Shown piece by piece: positions 55,397-64,000 of a stretch of 64,000 nucleotides of DNA. Location of the stretch: the IMG/VR virus record IMGVR_UViG_3300027770_001980, positions 124,001-188,000 of that record; one strand, 5' to 3'. The translations under genes and the position numbers were made by a program. Numbering within the stretch: the first letter of the stretch is position 1; every line of letters begins with the position of its first letter. The notes below the pieces were generated by a model that did not search any database, was not told where the DNA came from, and saw only the letters and a program-made list of their open reading frames with translations.

Positions 55397-58366
55397 ATGG
55401 CAACTTTGAATTCACCAGGCGTAAGCGTATCAGTAATTGACGAGAGTTTTTACACAACATCGGCTCCAGGCACCGTGCCTATGATATTTGTAGCGTCAGC
55501 ACAAGATAAAACAAATCCAAGTGGATCAACAGCACTCGGAACCACCGCAGCTAATGCTGGTAAAGTTTGGTTGATGACCAGCCAACGTGATCTAACCGAC
55601 ACGTTTGGAACACCGAAATTTTATACAGATGCAAGCGGAAATCCTCAACACGGAAACGAGTTGAACGAATATGGACTACAGGCAGCTTATAGTGCATTAG
55701 GTGTTAGTAGCCGTGCATATGTAGTTAGAGCAGATATTGACACCGGGATGTTAATTCCAACCAGTAATATACCAAAAGGTGAACCAGTTGGTGGTACATA
55801 TTGGGTCGATACTAATGCCAGCCAATATGGTATTAAAGAATGGAATAATACTACAAAGAAATTTACAGTTAAGACTCCATTGATACTAAACGACGATTCT
55901 ACATCAGACGAAATAGACATGGGAGAACCTACTTCCAATGTTGGTAAAGACGGCGATTACTGCATAGTAGTAACTAAAGATAATGAAAACAGTCTTTATC
56001 ATAGAGCAAGTGGTACTTGGAATTTAGTATATGACACCTTTGAAGGCGGCAAGTCTGTACAAATTAGTACACATTATGATTATCCTGATACAACCAGTTG
56101 GACAACAGGTAGTATATGGATTACCACAACAACAGCAACCAATGGAGCAAAATGGACTGTTAAGAGATATAATAGTGCATCTCAGGGATGGGATACTGTT
56201 ACTGCTCCTTTATACAGCAGTATTCCAGCAGCTACAAAAGCTATCGACGGAACCGGTGGACTAAACATCGCAACTGGTAGTGTATTCATCGAAACAGATT
56301 ATAATCAAAGTGATAGTCAAACAGCAACATTTAAATTATGGAGACGTGCTCATAAAGGTATTACCAGCATTGTTAGTGCAGCAAGCACTGCTGTTACTGC
56401 CAGCCAGGCGTATGACTTTAAAATTAGAGAAACCACAGCGGGTTCCGATACATGGAGTTCCTGGATCGATGGTACAGTCATGGGTGATGGAGCCAAGACA
56501 TTTGGATCAGCATTAGCAGACGCTATCAATTCAATGGGAACAGATAACATCTCGGCCAGTTATAATTCTACCACACACAAAATTACAGTAAGACATAATT
56601 TAGGTGGTGATTTTGAGATCCGAGATACTACCGATCCATTTTCGTCAGCAGGATTCACTGTATATAATACTGTAACCAAGACAGGTACCGATAATCTATA
56701 TACGCCTAACACAGGTGATCAAGGTGACAATGCAACTTTCTTAGCCACCAACTGGAAAGCATTAGTATACGAAGCTAAAAATGATGCTCCTTATACTACA
56801 CCATCGGATGGCACATTATGGTGCAATGCAACCCACGACGAAGTTGACATCATGATACACGATGGTTCAACATGGGTAGGATATGCCACCGTATATCCAG
56901 ATGCAGATCCACTTGGCCCTATCGTTGCGGTAATTGAGCCAATTGAACAAAGCGATGGTAGCGATCTTGTAGATGGAGATATTTGGGTATCTACTGCAAA
57001 CATGGATAGATACGGCAATGATCTTTATGTGTATGACTCAACTATCATGACTGGTAGCAAGTGGGTAGCACAGGATACAACAGATCAGTCAAGCCCAACA
57101 GGCTGGTTATTTGCAGATGCACGTTGGTCAAACAGCGGTACAGATGACTTCGAATATTTAGAAAGCATTCCTAATCTGTTAGTTAGCGATTACTTAGATC
57201 CCGATGCTCCTGATCCTGCATTATATCCAAAAGGTATGCGTTTATGGAATACACGTCGTAGTGGTAACAATGTTAAGAAATTCGTTTCTGGATACATTGA
57301 CATCACTGCTAACGATGGATTGAATACTCGCTATCAAGATGAAGATATGGCAGCTTACAATATCGATCGTTGGGTAAGTCAAAATAATGTTGCAGAAGAC
57401 GGGTCCGGTGTATTTGGCAGATTAGCACAAAGAGCACAGGTAGTCGCAGCCTTGAAAGAAACAATAGACACTAACTCATTGATTAGAGATACAGATACAG
57501 TAGTGTTTAATTTGATCGTAGCACCCGGATATTCTGAAGCTATTGCTAATATGGTTAGTTTCAACACTGATCGTGGAATCACCGCTTTCGTCATCGGTGA
57601 TACACCATTTAGATTAAAGCCAACTGGTACAGACTTAGCAGCCTACGGTAAAAATACTAATTTAGCATTGGATAACAATGACAAAGGTGCAGTCACACAT
57701 GATGAATACATGGCTATGTATTACCCAAGTGGTTATACCAATGATAATTCTGGTAACTATATTGTTGTTCCACCGAGCCACATGATGCTAAGAACATTCA
57801 TTAATAACGACAATAAGAGTTATGTATGGTTTGCTCCAGCTGGAACTCGTCGTGGTGGTATTGATAATGCTACAAGCGTTGGATATATTACTGAAGAAAA
57901 TGAATTCAAAACTGCGGCAATATATCAATCACTACGCGATGTTATGCAAGATCCAACAGTTCAACTTAACCCGATCGCTACACTGGTCGGCGCTGGTTTA
58001 GTAGCATTTGGTCAACGTACTCGTGCAAGAAATGCCAGCAGTTTAGATAGAGTTAATGTTGCTCGTTTAGTTTGCTACTTACGTCGTCAATTAGATATTC
58101 TTGCAAGACCATATTTGTTTGAACCTAACGATGCACAGACCCGTCGTGAGATCAAAGCGGCTGCAGAAAGTCTAATGCAAGAGTTAGTAGGACAACGAGC
58201 ATTATATGACTACATCGTAGTATGCGATGAAAGTAATAATACTCCTTCAAGAATTGACCGTAACGAATTGTACATGGATATTGCTATTGAACCTGTTAAG
58301 GCAATCGAGTTTATATACATTCCGTTGAGACTGAAAAATACTGGCGCAATCAAAGCTGGTTTATAA
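55397..58366 (+). CDS. gp18: Contractile tail sheath protein with inserted domains (989 aa)
   Basis: SPGVSVSVIDES, WFAPAGTRRG, DRVNVARL, LFEPND, EFIYIPL motifs; TAAATA (55360) and SD AGGAG. Confidence 0.92.
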   Translation: MATLNSPGVSVSVIDESFYTTSAPGTVPMIFVASAQDKTNPSGSTALGTTAANAGKVWLMTSQRDLTDTFGTPKFYTDASGNPQHGNELNEYGLQAAYSALGVSSRAYVVRADIDTGMLIPTSNIPKGEPVGGTYWVDTNASQYGIKEWNNTTKKFTVKTPLILNDDSTSDEIDMGEPTSNVGKDGDYCIVVTKDNENSLYHRASGTWNLVYDTFEGGKSVQISTHYDYPDTTSWTTGSIWITTTTATNGAKWTVKRYNSASQGWDTVTAPLYSSIPAATKAIDGTGGLNIATGSVFIETDYNQSDSQTATFKLWRRAHKGITSIVSAASTAVTASQAYDFKIRETTAGSDTWSSWIDGTVMGDGAKTFGSALADAINSMGTDNISASYNSTTHKITVRHNLGGDFEIRDTTDPFSSAGFTVYNTVTKTGTDNLYTPNTGDQGDNATFLATNWKALVYEAKNDAPYTTPSDGTLWCNATHDEVDIMIHDGSTWVGYATVYPDADPLGPIVAVIEPIEQSDGSDLVDGDIWVSTANMDRYGNDLYVYDSTIMTGSKWVAQDTTDQSSPTGWLFADARWSNSGTDDFEYLESIPNLLVSDYLDPDAPDPALYPKGMRLWNTRRSGNNVKKFVSGYIDITANDGLNTRYQDEDMAAYNIDRWVSQNNVAEDGSGVFGRLAQRAQVVAALKETIDTNSLIRDTDTVVFNLIVAPGYSEAIANMVSFNTDRGITAFVIGDTPFRLKPTGTDLAAYGKNTNLALDNNDKGAVTHDEYMAMYYPSGYTNDNSGNYIVVPPSHMMLRTFINNDNKSYVWFAPAGTRRGGIDNATSVGYITEENEFKTAAIYQSLRDVMQDPTVQLNPIATLVGAGLVAFGQRTRARNASSLDRVNVARLVCYLRRQLDILARPYLFEPNDAQTRREIKAAAESLMQELVGQRALYDYIVVCDESNNTPSRIDRNELYMDIAIEPVKAIEFIYIPLRLKNTGAIKAGL

Positions 58367-58398
58367 TAGGTAAATAACATAGATTAAGGAGCATTTAT

Positions 58399-59049
58399 AT
58401 GCCGGTTTCAAGTTTAAATAGATTTACAGTACCATTATCCGGAACACAAGGTGGCGGAACACAGGGACTGTTGATGCCAAAACTAAAGTATCGCTTTCGC
58501 GTTACTTTGGATCAGTTTGGTATTCCTGGACAACCAAGTACAGAATTAACCAAACAAGTTATTACTGTAAGTCGCCCGGAACTTACTTTTGATGATGCTA
58601 CATTGGAAGTATACAACAGTAGAATTAAGTATCTTGGTAAGCACAAGTGGGGCGATCCAAAATTAAAAATTCGTGATGATGCCAGTGGTGTTGTTAGTAA
58701 GAAAGTCGGTGAACAGTTACAGAAACAATTTGACTTCTTTGAGCAATCAGGTGCAGCATCTGGTATTGATTATAAGTTCAGAATGCGTGTAGAAATTCTC
58801 GACGGCGGCAATGGTGCTTACGAGCCTGTTACACTTGAAAGTTTTGAATTCTTAGGATGCTTTGTTAAACAAGTAACTTATCAAGGTGGTGACTACGCTT
58901 CTAATGACGCAATGGATATTGAAATGACTTTATCAGTTGATAATGTAATCCAGTTAGAAGCACCTGGTGGTGCTTCCAGCGGTATTGGATTAGATATCGG
59001 CAGAGTGGTTCGCCCACCAACCGCACAAGGTCTCGGTACAGGCGGTTAA
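58399..59049 (+). CDS. gp19: Tail tube protein
   Basis: LMPKLKYRFRV and tube-type beta pattern; follows the sheath with own TAAATA, SD and terminator. Confidence 0.8.
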   Translation: MPVSSLNRFTVPLSGTQGGGTQGLLMPKLKYRFRVTLDQFGIPGQPSTELTKQVITVSRPELTFDDATLEVYNSRIKYLGKHKWGDPKLKIRDDASGVVSKKVGEQLQKQFDFFEQSGAASGIDYKFRMRVEILDGGNGAYEPVTLESFEFLGCFVKQVTYQGGDYASNDAMDIEMTLSVDNVIQLEAPGGASSGIGLDIGRVVRPPTAQGLGTGG

Positions 59050-59070
59050 TCAATAACGTCCTCCAAGCAG

Positions 59071-59099
59071 AACCTGGCTTAAACCCCAGGTTTTTCTTT
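59071..59099 (+). terminator. Rho-independent terminator after the tube gene
   Basis: AACCTGG-CTTAAACC-CCAGGTT followed by TTTCTTT. Confidence 0.7.
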
Positions 59100-59113
59100 G
59101 GCTAAATAATAAT

Positions 59114-60346
59114 ATGAGTAATAGTCAAGCAAATGGATATTTAATAAACGCCGCCGGTGCTATAGGCAAACCTATCATGTCAGATTGGCAACATGCGAGT
59201 AAATTGTATGTTGATGAACTTTATAAAAGAGCTCCAAAATTTGGATTTCTTTATTTTGTAAATTTTAATATTGTTAGAAATGATACGATAATGGATCAAG
59301 GGTGGAAAGAGGAAGGATCCTATCAAGTTGGATTACTTGCTAAGAAAATTGATCTTCCTAAATTTTCAATCGAAACTGAAACATTAAATCAATATAACAG
59401 AAAAACAGTTATACAAAAAGGAATCAAATACAATAATATAAATGTAGAATTTCACGACGACCATGGAAATATTGCAAATAATCTCTGGGTAAATTACTAC
59501 AAACATTATTATTTTGATAGCCAACAACAACCAGAAGCATATCACGATACAAAATATCAAAATACAGATTATCAATACGGAAGATATAATAATGATTTAA
59601 AACCAAGTAATTTTTTCGGAACTATTGAAATATTTGTATTGAATCAAAAAAGATTTACAAAATATACATTGGTCAATCCAAAAATTACAGAGTGGAAACA
59701 CGACGAAGTAGCTCAAGATGCTGGTAGTAAAATTTTACAGAATAGCATGACTATAGCATATGAAAATGTTTTATATGATGAAGGCGTGGTTGATGCAGAT
59801 TTCGCAGGGCAGTTTTATGATAAAACACAAAGCCCTACGACACTTGGTCCAGACAATGAAGTTTTATATAAGAAGAGGCTTGAATCACCATTTGATAAAC
59901 CCGGCAAAGATACTGTGTTTAGCAACAGACCGCGCCCTCGTGGATTTGATAACGAGTTTGGAAAAAGAGACTTTAAAAAAGAGAAAGGTGCATTTCTTCC
60001 ATCTGGTAATTTTGATAAAACATATAATCCAAGAACGTATGGAGCAATACGACCTAAAGCACCAGGCCAATTTTCACTGATAGCAGGTATATTGATGAAC
60101 AATTATCTCAATCAAAATGGACTTACAAGACAAACTGCTACGGCATATAATATAGCAGGTAGTGTAATGAAGGCGACATTGAGTTCGGGTGCAGGAAAAT
60201 ATGCCGACCCACCAAGTACAGAAACAGCACCGGGTGTATTCCAATTGCCAGGCGGGGTTGGAATCAATATTTTCAAAGGATTTAATACCACAGTAGATGG
60301 TGGCATAAGAGCCAATCCTGCTGCTATATTATTCCCAAGCAGGTAA
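59114..60346 (+). CDS. Tail-tube paralogue/baseplate tube initiator (gp54/gp48-like)
   Basis: LAKKIDLPKFSIETETLNQYNRK, INVEFHDD, NSMTIAYE tube-fold motifs; TAAATA-N5-ATG. Confidence 0.6.
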   Translation: MSNSQANGYLINAAGAIGKPIMSDWQHASKLYVDELYKRAPKFGFLYFVNFNIVRNDTIMDQGWKEEGSYQVGLLAKKIDLPKFSIETETLNQYNRKTVIQKGIKYNNINVEFHDDHGNIANNLWVNYYKHYYFDSQQQPEAYHDTKYQNTDYQYGRYNNDLKPSNFFGTIEIFVLNQKRFTKYTLVNPKITEWKHDEVAQDAGSKILQNSMTIAYENVLYDEGVVDADFAGQFYDKTQSPTTLGPDNEVLYKKRLESPFDKPGKDTVFSNRPRPRGFDNEFGKRDFKKEKGAFLPSGNFDKTYNPRTYGAIRPKAPGQFSLIAGILMNNYLNQNGLTRQTATAYNIAGSVMKATLSSGAGKYADPPSTETAPGVFQLPGGVGINIFKGFNTTVDGGIRANPAAILFPSR

Positions 60347-60351
60347 TAAAC

Positions 60352-60720
60352 ATGAAACAAACCTATTCAAATGTTCCATCGGAACCAAGTAGTAATGATA
60401 CTGTAAACGAATTTGATAATTTTTTATCAAGTAACACCGAATTGAGTCCAGCAGTATATTCATCAATGATAGGATTTTTTGTCAACAGAGGGTTTAGCGA
60501 AGTATCATCCGAGACCATAACAACTACTCTAATGACACAGGCTCAACAGGATAATTTCAATCCTATGGCTATTTTAGATACTTTAAGAGGATTGCAATCT
60601 GTTGAATTATCAAGCATAGTTTCTGAGATATTAAATTATAATAGATATAAAAGCAGTAGTTTAGGATATTCACAAAAATTCAGTCCTAATCAAGAAGTAT
60701 CAAGAAATATAATCGCATGA
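60352..60720 (+). CDS. Hypothetical protein (122 aa)
   Basis: Intact ORF, ATGA-coupled to the next gene. Confidence 0.55.
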   Translation: MKQTYSNVPSEPSSNDTVNEFDNFLSSNTELSPAVYSSMIGFFVNRGFSEVSSETITTTLMTQAQQDNFNPMAILDTLRGLQSVELSSIVSEILNYNRYKSSSLGYSQKFSPNQEVSRNIIA

Positions 60721-61154
60721 GTCTAAAGTTTAGCCAAATGGTATATCAGGTAAAGAATCCTGAAAAATACGTTGGCACCAAACTTCCATATTGTAGAAGC
60801 AGCTGGGAAACAACATTCTGTATGTTTTGCGATGGTAATCCCAGTGTACAACAATGGTCCAGCGAACCCGTTAAGATTCCCTATAGAGATCCATTAACAG
60901 GAAAAGCAACAGTCTATGTGCCTGATTTTCTGATCACATATGTTGATAAAAATATGAAAAAACATGCTGAGCTTATAGAAATTAAACCACGCAATCAAGC
61001 GGTATTAGAACATGTTGGAAAGAATGCATATAATCAAGCACAATATGTTAAGAATATGGCCAAGTGGGCTGCTGCTAATAAATGGGCACAACAACAAGGA
61101 TTAAAGTTTAGGGTGATTAACGAAACTGATATTTTTTCCAATACTAAAAAATAA
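60717..61154 (+). CDS. gp4: Head completion nuclease (TnsA-like fold)
   Basis: RSSWE..F..FCD.NP.V..WSSEP..IPY, YVPDF, LIEIKP motifs. Confidence 0.85.
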   Translation: MSLKFSQMVYQVKNPEKYVGTKLPYCRSSWETTFCMFCDGNPSVQQWSSEPVKIPYRDPLTGKATVYVPDFLITYVDKNMKKHAELIEIKPRNQAVLEHVGKNAYNQAQYVKNMAKWAAANKWAQQQGLKFRVINETDIFSNTKK

Positions 61155-61167
61155 AATAAGTAATATT

Positions 61168-61644
61168 ATGACTAAACGACTTGAAGACCTACTAAACGTA
61201 GAACCCTCTGAACCTCTAATTACTCCTACAAGTGTAGATGCAACTCCGGTTACAACTATTGACATAGAGGATAAATTAGAAGAATTTGATAAAATCTCAG
61301 CCGCATTACCCCGTGTAAAAGGATTGGGCGATATCAGTGATGCAGAATTTGATTCATTGGCCGCAAAAGCAGAACAAGCATATGACGATCTAATGGACTT
61401 AGGAATGAATGTAGAAGCACGTTATGGTAGCAAGATGTTTGAAGTTGCTGCTACTATGATGACTGCTGCTATCACCGCTAAGAGCGCAAAGATTGATAAG
61501 AAATTAAAGATGATCGATCTACAGATTAAAAAGTTAGCAATTGATAGAAAAAACGGAAAAGAAGGAGAAACAGTAGAAGGAGAAGGATATATCCTTACTG
61601 ATAGAAATAGTATCCTTGCAAAGTTAAAAGATTTGAAATCTTAA
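61168..61644 (+). CDS. gp16: Terminase small subunit
   Basis: Helical acidic/basic protein with ARYGSKMFEVA resembling the gp16 PRAFEV motif; near the large subunit. Confidence 0.6.
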   Translation: MTKRLEDLLNVEPSEPLITPTSVDATPVTTIDIEDKLEEFDKISAALPRVKGLGDISDAEFDSLAAKAEQAYDDLMDLGMNVEARYGSKMFEVAATMMTAAITAKSAKIDKKLKMIDLQIKKLAIDRKNGKEGETVEGEGYILTDRNSILAKLKDLKS

Positions 61645-61655
61645 TAAATAATACT

Positions 61656-62246
61656 ATGAAAACATTTACTCAATACCTATCCGAGTCAACTAAAAAGTAT
61701 GACTTCCGCATTAAATTTGCTGGGGAGTTCACTACCGAGCAAGAAGCCTCAATGAAATCATTATTGAGCAAATATGCAGTTAGTGGCTTTAAAAAGACTG
61801 GCACTACTCCTATCCAAGCATTACCATTAGACTTTCCTCAAGTTAAAAACTGTGAAGTTAACATCTATGAAGTAGTGTTAGATTACCCTACTACACAGCA
61901 AGAACTTACTGAATACTTAACTTCAGAGTTGAAAGTCAGTAAAAGAAATTTAGTTGTTCGTAGTCCATTTGAACATACTGAAGAATATCAGCATACTGAA
62001 GAACCACGTAAAGGTGCATTGTTAGATGACCCAAACTATTCAGAAGCAGGTAGTCCTAAATTTGAGGATTACTATGGAGACAAGTATAACTCGGGTTTTG
62101 TTAAAGAGCTAAATGATATTCTTAAACTCCAACGCAAAGCACGTGGAGAAGAGATACCCACAGAAAGTGCCGCTAAATTTAATACCGACACTGAAGAAAA
62201 ACAAGCAAGCCTTTTAAAGTTTCAGGCCCAAGACCTAAGGAAATAA
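61656..62246 (+). CDS. Conserved hypothetical late protein
   Basis: TAAATA-N5-ATG; MKTFTQYLSES start, a typical protease-cleaved head-protein leader. Confidence 0.55.
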   Translation: MKTFTQYLSESTKKYDFRIKFAGEFTTEQEASMKSLLSKYAVSGFKKTGTTPIQALPLDFPQVKNCEVNIYEVVLDYPTTQQELTEYLTSELKVSKRNLVVRSPFEHTEEYQHTEEPRKGALLDDPNYSEAGSPKFEDYYGDKYNSGFVKELNDILKLQRKARGEEIPTESAAKFNTDTEEKQASLLKFQAQDLRK

Positions 62247-62248
62247 TT

Positions 62249-62881
62249 ATGCAAATGATCGATGTAATGAAGCGTTTGGCAGAGTTGGACAGCAAGAATC
62301 CTACTATTGTTAAAGAAAATCAAGAAATAGAAGAATGCGGTATGATGCCTATGCCTGGTATGGGTATGGAACGTCCATCAACACCGGCCAGCATAAACAT
62401 GACAGCAGGCAGCGGCGAAGAACTAAGCGACATGCTTGCTACTATTATGCAATTGGCAGGAGTTAAGCAACACGGCGTTGAAGAACCAATGAGTGCGGAA
62501 CCCATGGGTGCTGAACCAATAGTAGCATTAACCGCTGAACCAGAAATGGGCGGAAATGATGATACTATGGATATGCGTTCTATCATCGATAAATTAAATC
62601 CAATGGATGGCGAACAGGATGGCGTTAGTGCAGCACATGGTGACATTGACAACGACGGCGACCACGATATGGCCGACCATGAAGAAGAAACCGACGAAGG
62701 TCAATACGACAACAGTCCTGCTGATCCACGTAAGCCACCTCCATTTAAGGCAAATCAATTTGCACACCAAGAAAATCAACCCGGACAAGGTGACAGAATG
62801 GATGGCAACATGCCCAAGGCCACAATGGAACAACAATTAATGGCTGACTATAAGCGTTTCATTTCTGAAACAAATGAATAA
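62249..62881 (+). CDS. Acidic putative internal head protein
   Basis: D/E/M/P-rich; IVKE and FISE sites; LATIMQLAGV motif; DIDNDGDHD Ca-loop-like motif. Confidence 0.5.
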   Translation: MQMIDVMKRLAELDSKNPTIVKENQEIEECGMMPMPGMGMERPSTPASINMTAGSGEELSDMLATIMQLAGVKQHGVEEPMSAEPMGAEPIVALTAEPEMGGNDDTMDMRSIIDKLNPMDGEQDGVSAAHGDIDNDGDHDMADHEEETDEGQYDNSPADPRKPPPFKANQFAHQENQPGQGDRMDGNMPKATMEQQLMADYKRFISETNE

Positions 62882-62901
62882 TAAACATTAGAACGTAGTT
62901 C

Positions 62902-62929
62902 AAATAGCCTCTTCGGAGGCTATTTTTTT
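62902..62929 (+). terminator. Rho-independent terminator
   Basis: AAATAGCCTC-TTCG-GAGGCTATTT-TTTT. Confidence 0.9.
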
Positions 62930-62943
62930 CATTAAATAAGATT

Positions 62944-64000
62944 ATGGGATCAAAAAACTTAGACGGACAATTAGTAAAGAAGGCACACATCACTCAGAAA
63001 TTCACTGAGAAAGATATAGAAGATCTGGCGGCCTGTATGGACCCTATCAACGGTCCACACTATTTCCTGGAACACTTCTTCTACATACAACATCCTATCA
63101 AGGGTAAACTATTGTATGAACCTTACGAATATCAAAAAAGACTAATTGACAGTTATCACAATAATAGATTCAACGTAAATCTACTTCCTCGTCAAACTGG
63201 TAAAACAACTACAGCGGCAGGATATCTATTGTGGTTTGCTATGTTTGTTCCAGACAGTACCATACTTGTAGCAGCACATAAGCATACAGGTGCTCAAGAG
63301 ATTATGACCCGTATTAGATATGCCTACGAGTTGTGCCCTGATCATATTCGCTGCGGCTCTAATAGTTATAATAAACAAAGTCTGGAATTTGATAACGGTA
63401 GCCGTATCATGGCACAAACCACTACAGAAACAACAGGTCGTGGTTTGTCATTATCATTACTATACGCAGACGAGTTTGCATTCGTACCACCAAACATTGC
63501 CAGCGAATTCTGGACTTCAATATCACCTACATTAAGCACAGGTGGTAAGGCCATTATCACCAGCACTCCTAACAGTGATGAAGATCAGTTTGCACAGATA
63601 TGGAAAGAAGCAAATTACAGATTTGACGAATACGGTAACGAACAACCGTTGGGTCGTAATGGGTTCTTTCCATTCAGAGCATTCTGGCATGAACATCCAG
63701 ATCGTAATGAAGAGTGGGCAGAAACAGAACGTAGTCGTATCGGGGAAGAACGCTTCCGACGTGAGCATGATTGCGAATTCTTGGTATTTGATGAAACACT
63801 AATCAGCAGTCTTAAGTTAGCTACATTGGAAGGAAGTCGCCCTATAATGAACATGGGCGAAGCACGTTGGTACAAGAAGATCAATCCTATGAGCACATAT
63901 ATCGTATCAATGGATCCAAGTCTTGGTACAGGCGGAGATCCTGCTGCTATACAAATTGTAGAGATACCAAGTTTCGAACAGGTAGGAGAATGGACCCACA
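62944..64000 (+). CDS. gp17: Terminase large subunit, truncated by the window end (absent from the ORF track)
   Basis: Manual translation MGSKNLDGQLVKK...LPRQTGKT (Walker A)...LLYADEFAFV (Walker B)...IVSMDPSLG (nuclease); TAAATA-N5-ATG. Confidence 0.93.
   Translation, partial: MGSKNLDGQLVKKAHITQKFTEKDIEDLAACMDPINGPHYFLEHFFYIQHPIKGKLLYEPYEYQKRLIDSYHNNRFNVNLLPRQTGKTTTAAGYLLWFAMFVPDSTILVAAHKHTGAQEIMTRIRYAYELCPDHIRCGSNSYNKQSLEFDNGSRIMAQTTTETTGRGLSLSLLYADEFAFVPPNIASEFWTSISPTLSTGGKAIITSTPNSDEDQFAQIWKEANYRFDEYGNEQPLGRNGFFPFRAFWHEHPDRNEEWAETERSRIGEERFRREHDCEFLVFDETLISSLKLATLEGSRPIMNMGEARWYKKINPMSTYIVSMDPSLGTGGDPAAIQIVEIPSFEQVGEWTH

Noticed and set aside
59066-59082. CAGAACCTGGCTTA resembling the RNase P RNA 3' conserved region
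   Set aside because: It is one arm of the tube-gene terminator; the upstream sequence is protein-coding and lacks GAGGAAAGTCC.
978-63896. The many 60-160 aa ORFs nested in or antisense to long genes (e.g. 3301..3789, 24300..25010, 36861..37253, 40986..41396, and those over the terminase)
   Set aside because: Shadow frames of codon-biased or repetitive genes, with no SD, promoter or recognisable motif.
1-64000. Stop-codon reassignment (alternative genetic code)
   Set aside because: TAA, TAG and TGA all terminate recognisable full-length genes, and core genes are intact under the standard code.

Overview
This is a 64 kb segment of a large myovirus genome from the T4 superfamily (jumbo-phage-like gene set, AT-rich, standard genetic code, densely coding). 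It holds nearly the whole virion morphogenesis programme: baseplate hub and wedge genes, tape measure, portal, prohead protease, scaffold and major capsid, a ~22 kb cluster of Ser/Thr/Gly-rich fibre genes, neck, tail terminator, sheath, tube, head-completion nuclease and both terminase subunits. It also carries a sigma70-driven block (gp55-type late sigma factor, Mre11/Rad50-like gp47/gp46, two histone-H1/Hc1-like proteins, a GIY-YIG nuclease) and a dNMP kinase. No tRNA, CRISPR array, integrase or reverse transcriptase was seen. Five things are not explained by the gene list. (1) The gp15-like tail terminator gene has no start codon in front of its conserved N-terminus: a GIY-YIG/NUMOD3 endonuclease ORF occupies the position of its ATG, in frame, ending in a TAA inside a 9-bp hairpin, with no room for a group I ribozyme. 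(2) A ~440 nt non-coding region with at least 11 hairpins follows the other GIY-YIG gene and has a local resemblance to a group IA2 intron core. (3) A T-TTT-TTC slippery site would fuse the gp26-like and gp51-like ORFs by a -1 frameshift. (4) A recurring TAAATA-N4-7-ATG arrangement implies leaderless late mRNAs. (5) Putative internal head proteins would expose antimicrobial-peptide-like amphipathic helices after cleavage at L/V-x-E. All homology calls come from recognised motifs, not database searches.
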